From the NCBI RefSeq assembly GCF_027924185.1, contig NZ_BRVO01000003.1, forward strand, positions 271,968-335,967: DNA of 64,000 nt. Direction: 5' to 3'. The translations under genes and the position numbers were made by a program. The stretch comes from Neptunitalea lumnitzerae. GTDB lineage: Bacteria; Bacteroidota; Bacteroidia; Flavobacteriales; Flavobacteriaceae. The notes beneath the pieces were generated by a model. The model saw only the letters and a list, made by a program, of their open reading frames with translations. It made no database searches and was not told where the DNA came from. Below are positions 21,101 to 28,812 of the stretch, one piece after another; position 1 is the stretch's first letter; the number at the start of each line of letters is the position of its first letter.

Positions 21101-21919
21101 CCGTCACAAGGATTCTTTGTTAGTGGTGCTGGTGCTGTTAGTTTTACAAAAGATATGCAAACAACCAACACAGCAACTTTCTACAAAACTACAAGTGACG
21201 ATACGCATACATTAGAAAATGTAAACCAGGAAGAAATTGGAATGTTCAGACTTGCACTAACCAACAACGTTCAAAACGTTAGTACAGATATTTATTTTGT
21301 ACCAGGTGCAACACCAGGATTTGATAATGGCTATGATAGTTCTATGTTCTCTAGCGCTAACCCTGCTTTAGCCGTTTATACAACTACTGCTGCTAACGAT
21401 GTTACTAATAAATTGGCTATTCAAGCTATACCAACATCAGGCTATGCACAAATGTCAGTTCCTGTAGGTGTTATATCTTCAAATGGTGGTTCTGTAACCT
21501 TCAGTTTATCTCAAATGGTAGACTTACCAGTTGGGGTTCACATATATTTACAAGATAACTTAAATGGTACCACTACACAATTAGATACTTTTGGAGCTTA
21601 TTATGAAGTAGCCATACCAGCAGGTTATAACGGAACTGGAGATTTCTTTTTAAACATTACTAACGATGCTTTAGCCACAGATAACGTTTCTCTTACTACA
21701 GCAGAATTAATTACAAAAGGAAATGTAGTTACAATTTTAAATCTTGAACAAGATGCAACCTTAAATGTTTACAACATGTTAGGACAAAAAGTTCAAACAA
21801 CTAACCTGCAAGGTGCAAATAATCAATCAATCCAAGTATCAGTAACAACAGGAACCTACATTGTTTCTTTAGAAACTGAGAATGCTCAAATTACTAAGAA
21901 AATTATTATCAGAAATTAA
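18179..21919 (+). CDS. large secreted protein with lamin-tail domain and C-terminal T9SS sorting domain
   Basis: 1246 aa. Signal peptide. Internally duplicated module (..TYTCNSNTLGNNNDTVLISIPYTG..DAWDIIINGGDCDG and ..YECDAITNGADTVTISIPYTG..DAWDLTINGGECDG). LTD motif GDLIITEIMQNP..GEYFEVYNTT. C-terminal Por_Secre_tail-like ending ..TGTYIVSLETENAQITKKIIIRN. Confidence 0.8.
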   Translation: MKKQLLLTKWLLVLCISLFFGFTQLQAQTLSPGDIAIIGVGVDSEDVYLVALKDINAGEIIFITDEEASTSGSFNSGEGFFSFTTPNITAGDVFMFKTSGVTDIEGSGTISVTGHSGAFTLSNSGDGVYIYQSASNTYNGNDYTFLGFAGEDSGDGSIAPGLTEGTTAIYFGGDNGRYDGTRTGLDQAGFLAEIYNPTNWSTSGSTMTYDTTDFSFTPSACAFSFGEATYTCNSNTLGNNNDTVLISIPYTGSSSNITSVTTSSAGVIGGDDPTTVADGTITISGLSEGDAWDIIINGGDCDGLAIIETVGAAICDPAPTTCFDLSTGAELFELVPVTMNTQGDEWTYSSGSYSMNGYCGSGCTEESDTWLVFGPLDTTGVTNLSLLFESSESYSGTDLLVQYTTAYSGCPTSTSWNTLATIANDGDQNIDLSSVSGTDIFIAIQYYDNDGTYSSWSLYNVELESYGSCPVLGTRPTSNCAICDIALGEASYECDAITNGADTVTISIPYTGIENTITSLSTTATGAIIGGDDPALVADGTIIITGLAEGDAWDLTINGGECDGNTLSGTISDVICLPCPATEGDLIITEIMQNPNIVSDDNGEYFEVYNTTGAAIDMLGLVIGSNNASEEFTVDTSVIVPAGGYVIFGKSADTAINGGVEVDYEYHSSFYLGNGADQVTISCPGSGNVIDEVVYDGGTAFPDPTGSAMELSFASYNSTDNDNGANWFESLIPFGDGDYGTPRYKGNYWTGATSTAWTDASNWEDTQVPITEDAVAIPVLSGLTNEPTITSGVTISNLTIGSGATLTVASGAAIVVTGISEGTVTVERDLTNAWHLVSSPVANFTLEDFIADNSLATGTGSNIGLASYDTATDSWLYSTAATTGNWTSGNGYTTLLSGASTVSFTGTIPTTDITTTITSGGTYDFGLVGNPYPAYITIDDLFSANSAVLNENTVWMWDGTQYVTLNTLNAGYIAPSQGFFVSGAGAVSFTKDMQTTNTATFYKTTSDDTHTLENVNQEEIGMFRLALTNNVQNVSTDIYFVPGATPGFDNGYDSSMFSSANPALAVYTTTAANDVTNKLAIQAIPTSGYAQMSVPVGVISSNGGSVTFSLSQMVDLPVGVHIYLQDNLNGTTTQLDTFGAYYEVAIPAGYNGTGDFFLNITNDALATDNVSLTTAELITKGNVVTILNLEQDATLNVYNMLGQKVQTTNLQGANNQSIQVSVTTGTYIVSLETENAQITKKIIIRN

Positions 21920-21995
21920 ATTAAGACCAACAACTTAGAAGAATTTATAGAAGGTTCTTCTAAGTTGTATATCAATACATAAACCTATTAGTATT

Positions 21996-22205
21996 ATGGC
22001 TACTAAAAAAGAAAATCAACAAGAAGAGCTTATCACGAGAAAAGAAGCTCTTAAAAAAATCGGAACTTACAGTAAGTATGCAGCAGTAACAGCTTTAGGA
22101 ACTTACATTATGCTAAACCCTAAAAAATCTCAAGCCCAAAGTCCTGCTACACCAGGAACTGGATTTAGAGAGGCAGTTCTTTTTGACGAACTGAACAAAA
22201 ACTAA
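21996..22205 (+). CDS. small conserved peptide (69 aa) with conserved N-terminal 50 aa and variable C-terminal tail; putative exported/precursor peptide
   Basis: MATKKENQQEELITRKEALKKIGTYSKYAAVTALGTYIMLNPKKSQAQSP|ATPGTGFREAVLFDELNKN. Paralog at 25877. Own terminator downstream. Confidence 0.55.
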   Translation: MATKKENQQEELITRKEALKKIGTYSKYAAVTALGTYIMLNPKKSQAQSPATPGTGFREAVLFDELNKN

Positions 22206-22236
22206 ACTAACATTTTGCATAGTAAACACTTTGAAA

Positions 22237-22266
22237 AAGGAGCGATTTTAATCGCTCCTTTTTTTC
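22237..22266 (+). terminator. Rho-independent terminator after small peptide gene 1
   Basis: AAGGAGCGATT-TTA-AATCGCTCCTT followed by TTTTTT. Confidence 0.75.
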
Positions 22267-22799
22267 GTTTAAAACATTAAAAAACAGCACTTTAACACAT
22301 ATCTACTTTTGATATTAATTTTTTAAGACAATTCCTGTTAAAAAAACAAAACCTAAGGTAAAAGATACAGCTAAAAGCCACAAAAAACCTAATTAAATTA
22401 CTAATAAACAGAAAGTTAATGCTAAAAAATTATATCTTTAAAATATAAAACAAACATTGCAAAATACCCTCTAAACATTCCATTTTCACGATTTAATCAT
22501 TTTATCATAAATTAACAAAAACAAAATAAAACATATTCATAATTGTTTAATCTTCATAATAATCAGCCTTTAATTAAATTATTATAACAAAAAATCATTT
22601 CTAATAGAAATATCAAAAACAAATAATTAAATAAAATACTGATTAACAACACATTACAAACAAAAACTCTCAACACCTCAACAATCACTTTTATACATAA
22701 AAACTACTTTATTTACTCCAACTGATTATGCTTCAATATATTTAACAAAGTATTTTTATACTGTAAAGTAATTTTAACATCAAATCAAAACGTTTTTCT

Positions 22800-22807
22800 T
22801 ACATTTG
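22800..22807 (+). promoter_or_regulatory. candidate -7 element TAcaTTTG for the second T9SS gene
   Basis: TACATTTG 46 nt upstream of the ATG at 22854. Identical octamer to the one upstream of the paralog at 18179. Confidence 0.4.
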
Positions 22808-22853
22808 TTCCTGAAAAGCTGCTTTGTTAAAGCACTAAAAATTAATAGAAATT

Positions 22854-25814
22854 ATGGCGATCAAATTACCCAGGACTTTATTGTCCCTTTACTTAACCAT
22901 GGCTTTTTCCCTAGCTCTTACTTGCTCATGGGGACAAACCTTAACAGCAGGTGATTTTGCCATTGTTGGTTTTAATGCCAACGATGAGTATGTTACCATT
23001 GCTGCCTTATCAGACATTCCTTCTGGAGAAACGGTTTTCTTTACAGACGAAGAATGGAATGGAGCAACCTTTAATACAGGAGAAGGCTTCTTAGAATGGA
23101 TTACACCAACCATTTCGGCTGGTGATGTATTTACCCTAACCACTAGTGGTATGAGTGGTATTACCGGAGCAGATCAAGGTACCCTTTCAGCCCTTACTGG
23201 AAGTTTTGTACTCGGAAATGCTGGTGATGGTGTTTTCATTTATCAAACGGATGACAACACTTACAACAGTACCAACGTTAACTTTTTAAGTTTTGCTGGT
23301 GAAGATGCTACCTCAGCAGGAACACTTACTGGCACTAATTTAACCCTTGGTTATACTGCAATTTATATGGGTGCAGTAAATGGTGAATATGTTGAGACTA
23401 GAAATGACCAAGATAAAGATGGCTTTCTTTATTTAATCAATGACAACTCTAACTGGATTACCTACGGAAATGCTTCTTCATTAGTATTTGATGATACTGA
23501 TTTTACCTTTACCCCTGGAAGTGTTTGTAATATTACTTTTGCCACCCCAACTTACACTTGTACCTCTGAAACTTTAGGAGCTAACAATGATCAAGTAATC
23601 GTTTCAATTCCTTTTACCGATGCAAACCCGACAATTGAATCTGTAACAACCTCAACTGTTGGTACAATTGGTGGTGATAATCCTACAACGGTTACTAATG
23701 GTATTATAACCATTTCTGGTTTAACTGAAGGTGACTACTGGGATATTGTAATAAACGGTGGTAGCTGTGATGGAATTACTTTATCTGATACTATATCAGA
23801 TGTTATTTGTGATCCTTGCCCTAACGAAGGAGATCTTATTATTACAGAAATAATGCAAAACCCAAGCGCAGTAGATGATGCGTATGGTGAGTATTTTGAA
23901 GTATATAACACTACTGATCATGACATTGACATGATAGGACTTACAATTGGTTCTAACTATGCTCCAGAAGAATTTACAATAACTACTTCTTTGGTAGTTG
24001 CACCAGGAGCGTTTGTAGTATTTGGTAAAAATTCAGACACTGCTGCTAATGGAGGTGTTACACTAGATTATACCTACCCTACTACATTTAATTTAGGAAA
24101 CAGTTCAGATCGTATTACTATTTCATGTAACGACGACTTAATTGATAGAGTGGCGTACGATGATGGAGCTACATTCCCAGACCCAATTGGGGCATCTATG
24201 GAACTAAATTCAGAACACTACAACAGTACCGATAATGATTTAGGAAGTAACTGGTACACCGCTACTGTTGAATACGGTAATGGTGACTACGGTACTCCTG
24301 GATATCGTGTGAATGAATGGACCGGCGCTGTTGATACAGACTGGTTTAATACCGCAAACTGGTCTAACAATACGGTACCTAATAGTTCTGATGCTGTTTA
24401 CATTCCAACTGCTGCATCATTAACAAACCAGCCAACTGCTGCAACAGGTTCTATTACAATAAATAGTTTATTAATTGGTAATGGTTCAGAACTTACTATT
24501 GGTTCTGGTGTTCCAATTGTAGTTACTGATGCTGCTGAAGGTATTATTACGGTAGAAAGAGACCTTACAAATACATGGCATTACATATCTACTCCAGTAG
24601 TTGAAGCTTCTTTAGAAGATTACATTTCTTCTGCTCCTTTAGCTAGTGGTACTGGTAGTAACTTAGGATTGGCTTCTTATACTACCTCAAGTGATAGTTA
24701 TGTTTACGCAACTAACGCAACAAATGGTACATGGTTTTCTGGTACAGGATATTCTACGTTACTTTCAAGTAATGCAACAGTAAGTTTAACTGGTGAGTTT
24801 CCTACTAACAATATTGCGGTAACCTTAGCTGCTGGTGGTGTTAGAGATTTTAACTTAATAGGTAACCCTTACCCATCATATGTAACGGTTGCAGATTTAT
24901 TAGACCAAAATTCAGGTGTTTTAAATGAAAACACTTTATGGTTTTGGGAGAATAATCAATTTGTAACTATTAATGTTTTAAATGGTACTAATATTGCACC
25001 AATGCAAGGATTTATAGTTAGTGGTAGTGGTAACTTCTCTTTTACAACTGACATGCAAACTGTAGAAACAAGTACTTTTTACAAAACTACCAATAGCTAT
25101 ACACATGCTAATGTTCAGCCAGAAACTTTAAGTATGTTTAAATTACAAGTAGCCAACAGTGTTAACGCTATTTCTGCTACCGATATTTATTTAGTATCTG
25201 ATGCTACAACTAGCTTTGATAACGGTTATGATAGTTCAATGTTTTCTGGTACAGCTTCAAACTTTGGTGTATATACCACTTCTGTAGCTAACGATGTAAA
25301 CAACAAGCTTGCTATACAAGCCTTACCTACTACAGGATTTAATCAAATGCTAATTCCAGTTGGAGTTATTGCTAACAATGGAGGTACAGTAACTTTTAGT
25401 TTATCGCAAATTGAAAATTTACCAGCAGGAGTTCATGTATATTTACAAGACAACTTAAATGGTACAACTACGCAATTAGATACTTTTGGCGCTGATTACC
25501 AAGTTACCTTACCTACTGGATACAACGGAACAGGAGATTTCTTCATTAGCCTAACAAATGAAGCTCTTGCAACAGATAGTATTACAACAAATAATACACA
25601 AATAATTGCTAGCGGTGCTACTGTTACTGTAGTTAATTTAGAAGAAGATGCTACCTTACATTTATTCAACATGCTTGGACAACAAGTTACTAGCAAGAAA
25701 ATACTTGCTGCTAACAGCCAAGATGTTTCTTTTGATGTAACACCAGGTACATATATCTTATCTTTAGAGGCTAGCACTTTTAAAGAAAACAAGAAAATCA
25801 TACTTAAAAAATAA
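22854..25814 (+). CDS. large secreted lamin-tail-domain protein with C-terminal T9SS sorting domain (paralog of 18179..21919)
   Basis: 986 aa. N-terminal region collinear with the paralog (GDFAIVGFNANDEYVTIAALSDIPSGETVFFTDEE..). LTD motif GDLIITEIMQNPSAVDDAYGEYFEVYNTT. C-terminal Por_Secre_tail-like domain. Confidence 0.8.
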   Translation: MAIKLPRTLLSLYLTMAFSLALTCSWGQTLTAGDFAIVGFNANDEYVTIAALSDIPSGETVFFTDEEWNGATFNTGEGFLEWITPTISAGDVFTLTTSGMSGITGADQGTLSALTGSFVLGNAGDGVFIYQTDDNTYNSTNVNFLSFAGEDATSAGTLTGTNLTLGYTAIYMGAVNGEYVETRNDQDKDGFLYLINDNSNWITYGNASSLVFDDTDFTFTPGSVCNITFATPTYTCTSETLGANNDQVIVSIPFTDANPTIESVTTSTVGTIGGDNPTTVTNGIITISGLTEGDYWDIVINGGSCDGITLSDTISDVICDPCPNEGDLIITEIMQNPSAVDDAYGEYFEVYNTTDHDIDMIGLTIGSNYAPEEFTITTSLVVAPGAFVVFGKNSDTAANGGVTLDYTYPTTFNLGNSSDRITISCNDDLIDRVAYDDGATFPDPIGASMELNSEHYNSTDNDLGSNWYTATVEYGNGDYGTPGYRVNEWTGAVDTDWFNTANWSNNTVPNSSDAVYIPTAASLTNQPTAATGSITINSLLIGNGSELTIGSGVPIVVTDAAEGIITVERDLTNTWHYISTPVVEASLEDYISSAPLASGTGSNLGLASYTTSSDSYVYATNATNGTWFSGTGYSTLLSSNATVSLTGEFPTNNIAVTLAAGGVRDFNLIGNPYPSYVTVADLLDQNSGVLNENTLWFWENNQFVTINVLNGTNIAPMQGFIVSGSGNFSFTTDMQTVETSTFYKTTNSYTHANVQPETLSMFKLQVANSVNAISATDIYLVSDATTSFDNGYDSSMFSGTASNFGVYTTSVANDVNNKLAIQALPTTGFNQMLIPVGVIANNGGTVTFSLSQIENLPAGVHVYLQDNLNGTTTQLDTFGADYQVTLPTGYNGTGDFFISLTNEALATDSITTNNTQIIASGATVTVVNLEEDATLHLFNMLGQQVTSKKILAANSQDVSFDVTPGTYILSLEASTFKENKKIILKK

Positions 25815-25876
25815 ATCTTTTGGATTAATGGCTGTGTAATTTTTATGCAGCCACTAACACCCCAATACGCATAAAT

Positions 25877-26077
25877 ATGAAAACGAACTCAAACGAAAAT
25901 CAAGAATTAATGACTCGTAAAGAGGCATTAAAGAAAATGGGAAAATTTGGTAAGTATGCTGCTGTAACAGCACTAGGAACTTATATTATGCTTAGTCCTA
26001 AAAAATCTCAGGCTCAAAGTCCAACTGAACCTGGTGAAGGATTTAAAGCACCTTTGCTTTTCCCCCCAGAAAAGTAA
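25877..26077 (+). CDS. small conserved peptide (66 aa), paralog of 21996..22205; putative exported/precursor peptide
   Basis: MKTNSNENQELMTRKEALKKMGKFGKYAAVTALGTYIMLSPKKSQAQSP|TEPGEGFKAPLLFPPEK. N-terminal 50 aa nearly identical to the paralog, C-terminal ~20 aa diverged. Confidence 0.55.
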   Translation: MKTNSNENQELMTRKEALKKMGKFGKYAAVTALGTYIMLSPKKSQAQSPTEPGEGFKAPLLFPPEK

Positions 26078-26096
26078 AATAATCACATTACAAAAT

Positions 26097-26130
26097 AAAA
26101 AGTCTTAGCCCTGCTAAGACTTTTTATTTT
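26097..26130 (+). terminator. Rho-independent terminator after small peptide gene 2
   Basis: AAAAGTCTTAGC-CCT-GCTAAGACTTTT followed by TATTTT. Confidence 0.7.
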
Positions 26131-26161
26131 ATATGTACCTTAGTAATTAAAAGCAGACCCC

Positions 26162-27283
26162 ATGAAAAAGAACTCCGTACTAATAAAACCTATAGAAGAT
26201 AAAGCTTTTGTATGGTTTAAAAATAGTAATCAGTATAGTATTTTTGATCCATTTCTTGCCGACATTATTGAACATATAGATCAAGATACACCATTAGAGA
26301 TTGTTACACAACACATACAAAATGAAACTGGTTTATCAGTAGAAAAAGTACATGAAGTAATTGACGAACTTACACAACTAATAACTACTACCCTCCCTGT
26401 GGACGATCATTCTCAAAGTACTTTTGAAATACCTGAAGCTACCTTTTACAAAACGTATTACTACACTATTAACAATGCAACCTTTTGCTTTCATTATGGA
26501 AGTGAATATGTAATGAATGAAATACACCTTAAGTTTGCACATTTAGTTACAAAAAAGGTTAAAGAACCCAACCATACAATTACCATTCTTGAGTCTGACA
26601 ATACATTTTCACTACAAGTAGATGAAATATTTAATAACAATTATACGGAAGATAATTTTCATTACTTACAAGGTAAATTATCTATGTATATAATGATGTT
26701 AGCATATAAAAAACCAGAGAGAGAATGGCTAGGTGTTTTTCACGCCTCGGCTATATCATACAATGGTAAAAGCGCTATGTTATTAGGAGATTCTGGCAAC
26801 GGTAAAAGCACTGCCCTAGCCATTGCTCATGCCAACGGATTTAATTGTATTGCAGACGATTTTGTACCTATGGGCTCTGCACTACAAAACATCTACCCTT
26901 TTCCGGCCGCCATATCTGTTAAAGAAAAAAGCTTACCTGTTTTAGCTAATTACTATCCTGATATAATGGAAAAGCCAAGTTTTAAAAACAGATTAGGCAA
27001 AACGGTAACTTTTATTCCAACTGACTCACATATTACTATTACTTACCCTTGCCATAACCTTATATTTATTAAATACAAAGCAGGCTCTAATTTACAAGTA
27101 GCACCAATAACAAAAACAGATGCTTTTCAGCAATTGGTACCAGACTCTTGGTTATCTCCGGAGCCAGAAAATGCAGAAATATTTTTAAATTGGTTTAACA
27201 CTGTTAAGACCTATCAGCTAACCTACTCCAAAACAGAAGATTTATTAGCTACTCTAAAAGATATACTGGATGGTAACCATTAA
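26162..27283 (+). CDS. PqqD-like (RRE) domain fused to HPr-kinase-related P-loop domain protein
   Basis: N-terminal ~70 aa (VLIKPIEDKAFVWFKNSNQYSIFDPFLADIIEHIDQDTPLEIVTQHIQNETGLSVEKVHEVIDELTQL) fits the PqqD/RRE pattern. The central LLGDSGNGKSTALAIAHANGF matches the HPr kinase/phosphorylase Walker A (GDSGvGKSe). Confidence 0.6.
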   Translation: MKKNSVLIKPIEDKAFVWFKNSNQYSIFDPFLADIIEHIDQDTPLEIVTQHIQNETGLSVEKVHEVIDELTQLITTTLPVDDHSQSTFEIPEATFYKTYYYTINNATFCFHYGSEYVMNEIHLKFAHLVTKKVKEPNHTITILESDNTFSLQVDEIFNNNYTEDNFHYLQGKLSMYIMMLAYKKPEREWLGVFHASAISYNGKSAMLLGDSGNGKSTALAIAHANGFNCIADDFVPMGSALQNIYPFPAAISVKEKSLPVLANYYPDIMEKPSFKNRLGKTVTFIPTDSHITITYPCHNLIFIKYKAGSNLQVAPITKTDAFQQLVPDSWLSPEPENAEIFLNWFNTVKTYQLTYSKTEDLLATLKDILDGNH

Positions 27284-28319
27284 AAACAACATATTATTTA
27301 TAGGCAAGTGCCTAACACTTAAAAAGGAAACTACCCATAGAGCATATATTGAACAAAAAATAAAATCTAAGGAAATAGATTGGGAGTTAATTGTACAAAT
27401 AAGTACAGCTTACTATGTTTTTCCTGCCTTATATGTAAATTTTAAAGCTGTAAATTTTTTAAAGCTTTTACCAGAAGATCTGGTTGCTTTTATGGAGCAT
27501 ATTTATGGTTTAAATAAAGAAAGAAATGAGCAAATTTTAGCTGAAGTTGAATCTTTGAATACCCTTTTAGTAGCTCACAATATTACTCCTATTTTTTTAA
27601 AAGGTACCGCATGTTTAGTAGATGGACTCTACGAAGATATTGGAGAGCGCATGATTGGAGATATAGACCTTATCATTGAAAAAAAAGAAACCGACCCGAT
27701 TATTAAAGTACTAACTAGTAACGGTTATACTTCTGACACCGACATTTTAAACAAAACCTTTTATAGTAAGCACTTACCTCGTTTTGTGCATGAAGAAAAA
27801 ATAGCTGCCTTAGAAATACACTTTAAAATTTTACAAAAAGACTCTTTAGATTACACATTTGCTAAAAGTAATATACAAGTTACTAAATCTGGCTTCTCTA
27901 TAATGCAATACCCCGCACTTTTATGGCATAGTGTAGCCTCCAACTACGTAGAAGATTACGGATATCAAGTATACTCGGTACCACTTAGAAATTTTTACGA
28001 CGTTTATTTATTATCATATAAGACACCATCAACAAGTGCATTTTCTGTAGCACCAAAATATCAGAAAATTGTAAATGCTTTTTTAGTCACCTGCCAGTAT
28101 ATTTTAGATAGTAATCAAATAGTATATGCTAAAAATAACGATACAGAAAGTTACTTACAGAACGTTTTGATACATATAGAAAACCCTGAAGACAAAGCTA
28201 AAAAAGTAGAAGAGCTAAAAGAGACCTATCTAAAAAAAGGTAGAATCAAACGCTATTTTAAAACCTTTTATAATATTCATATCTTTAAATATTACCTCCG
28301 TAAAATTTTTAAAAAGTAG
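27270..28319 (+). CDS. uncharacterised nucleotidyltransferase family protein (PF14907-like)
   Basis: 349 aa. Candidate NTase motif G-x...DIDLII (YEDIGERMIGDIDLIIEKKE). 14-nt overlap with the upstream kinase-like gene suggests translational coupling. Confidence 0.5.
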   Translation: MVTIKNNILFIGKCLTLKKETTHRAYIEQKIKSKEIDWELIVQISTAYYVFPALYVNFKAVNFLKLLPEDLVAFMEHIYGLNKERNEQILAEVESLNTLLVAHNITPIFLKGTACLVDGLYEDIGERMIGDIDLIIEKKETDPIIKVLTSNGYTSDTDILNKTFYSKHLPRFVHEEKIAALEIHFKILQKDSLDYTFAKSNIQVTKSGFSIMQYPALLWHSVASNYVEDYGYQVYSVPLRNFYDVYLLSYKTPSTSAFSVAPKYQKIVNAFLVTCQYILDSNQIVYAKNNDTESYLQNVLIHIENPEDKAKKVEELKETYLKKGRIKRYFKTFYNIHIFKYYLRKIFKK

Positions 28320-28323
28320 TTTT

Positions 28324-28710
28324 ATGGCTAAGTTCAATAAATTAAAATATGTGATTTTTTTAGGGGCATTAATTTTCGTTATAGGTGCTTGTAGTGAAGA
28401 GGCTACTGAAAAAGAAACTAATATGATGCATACTACTAATTTTAATGGTAGCAAGTGGAAGGAAAAACATGGTAACAACTACACCTACCGCCCAATTATG
28501 GTAGATAGCGTATTGCACAATGATAGCATACGACATTTAACTAAATCTGAAATTTTACAAACATTAGGTACTCCAGATAGGGAAAATAACAATTACTTTT
28601 ATTACTTAATTGAACAAAACAAACTTGGTTTTGTTACCCTACACACCAAAAATTTGGTCATTAAATTTGCTACCAATGACAGTATCGAGTGGATAAAACT
28701 ACACGAATAA
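28324..28710 (+). CDS. small lipoprotein, hypothetical
   Basis: Signal peptide with lipobox (LIFVIGAC|SEE), 128 aa. Confidence 0.5.
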   Translation: MAKFNKLKYVIFLGALIFVIGACSEEATEKETNMMHTTNFNGSKWKEKHGNNYTYRPIMVDSVLHNDSIRHLTKSEILQTLGTPDRENNNYFYYLIEQNKLGFVTLHTKNLVIKFATNDSIEWIKLHE

Positions 28711-28812
28711 AACCCTCCATCTATTAACATTTTTTAAAACGGCTACGTTAAAAATTACTAATCAAGTCCAGTAGAATCATTTTCATAAGTAAATTGAAAA
28801 TAAAAAGAGCTT

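Noticed and set aside
25877-28319. Interpretation as a complete lasso-peptide cluster
   Set aside because: No asparagine-synthetase-like cyclase, transglutaminase-like leader protease or ABC exporter in the window. The peptide C-termini lack a terminal Ser. The Thr(-2)/Gly1/acidic-residue spacing does not fit. Only the PqqD/kinase/NTase sub-module is present.
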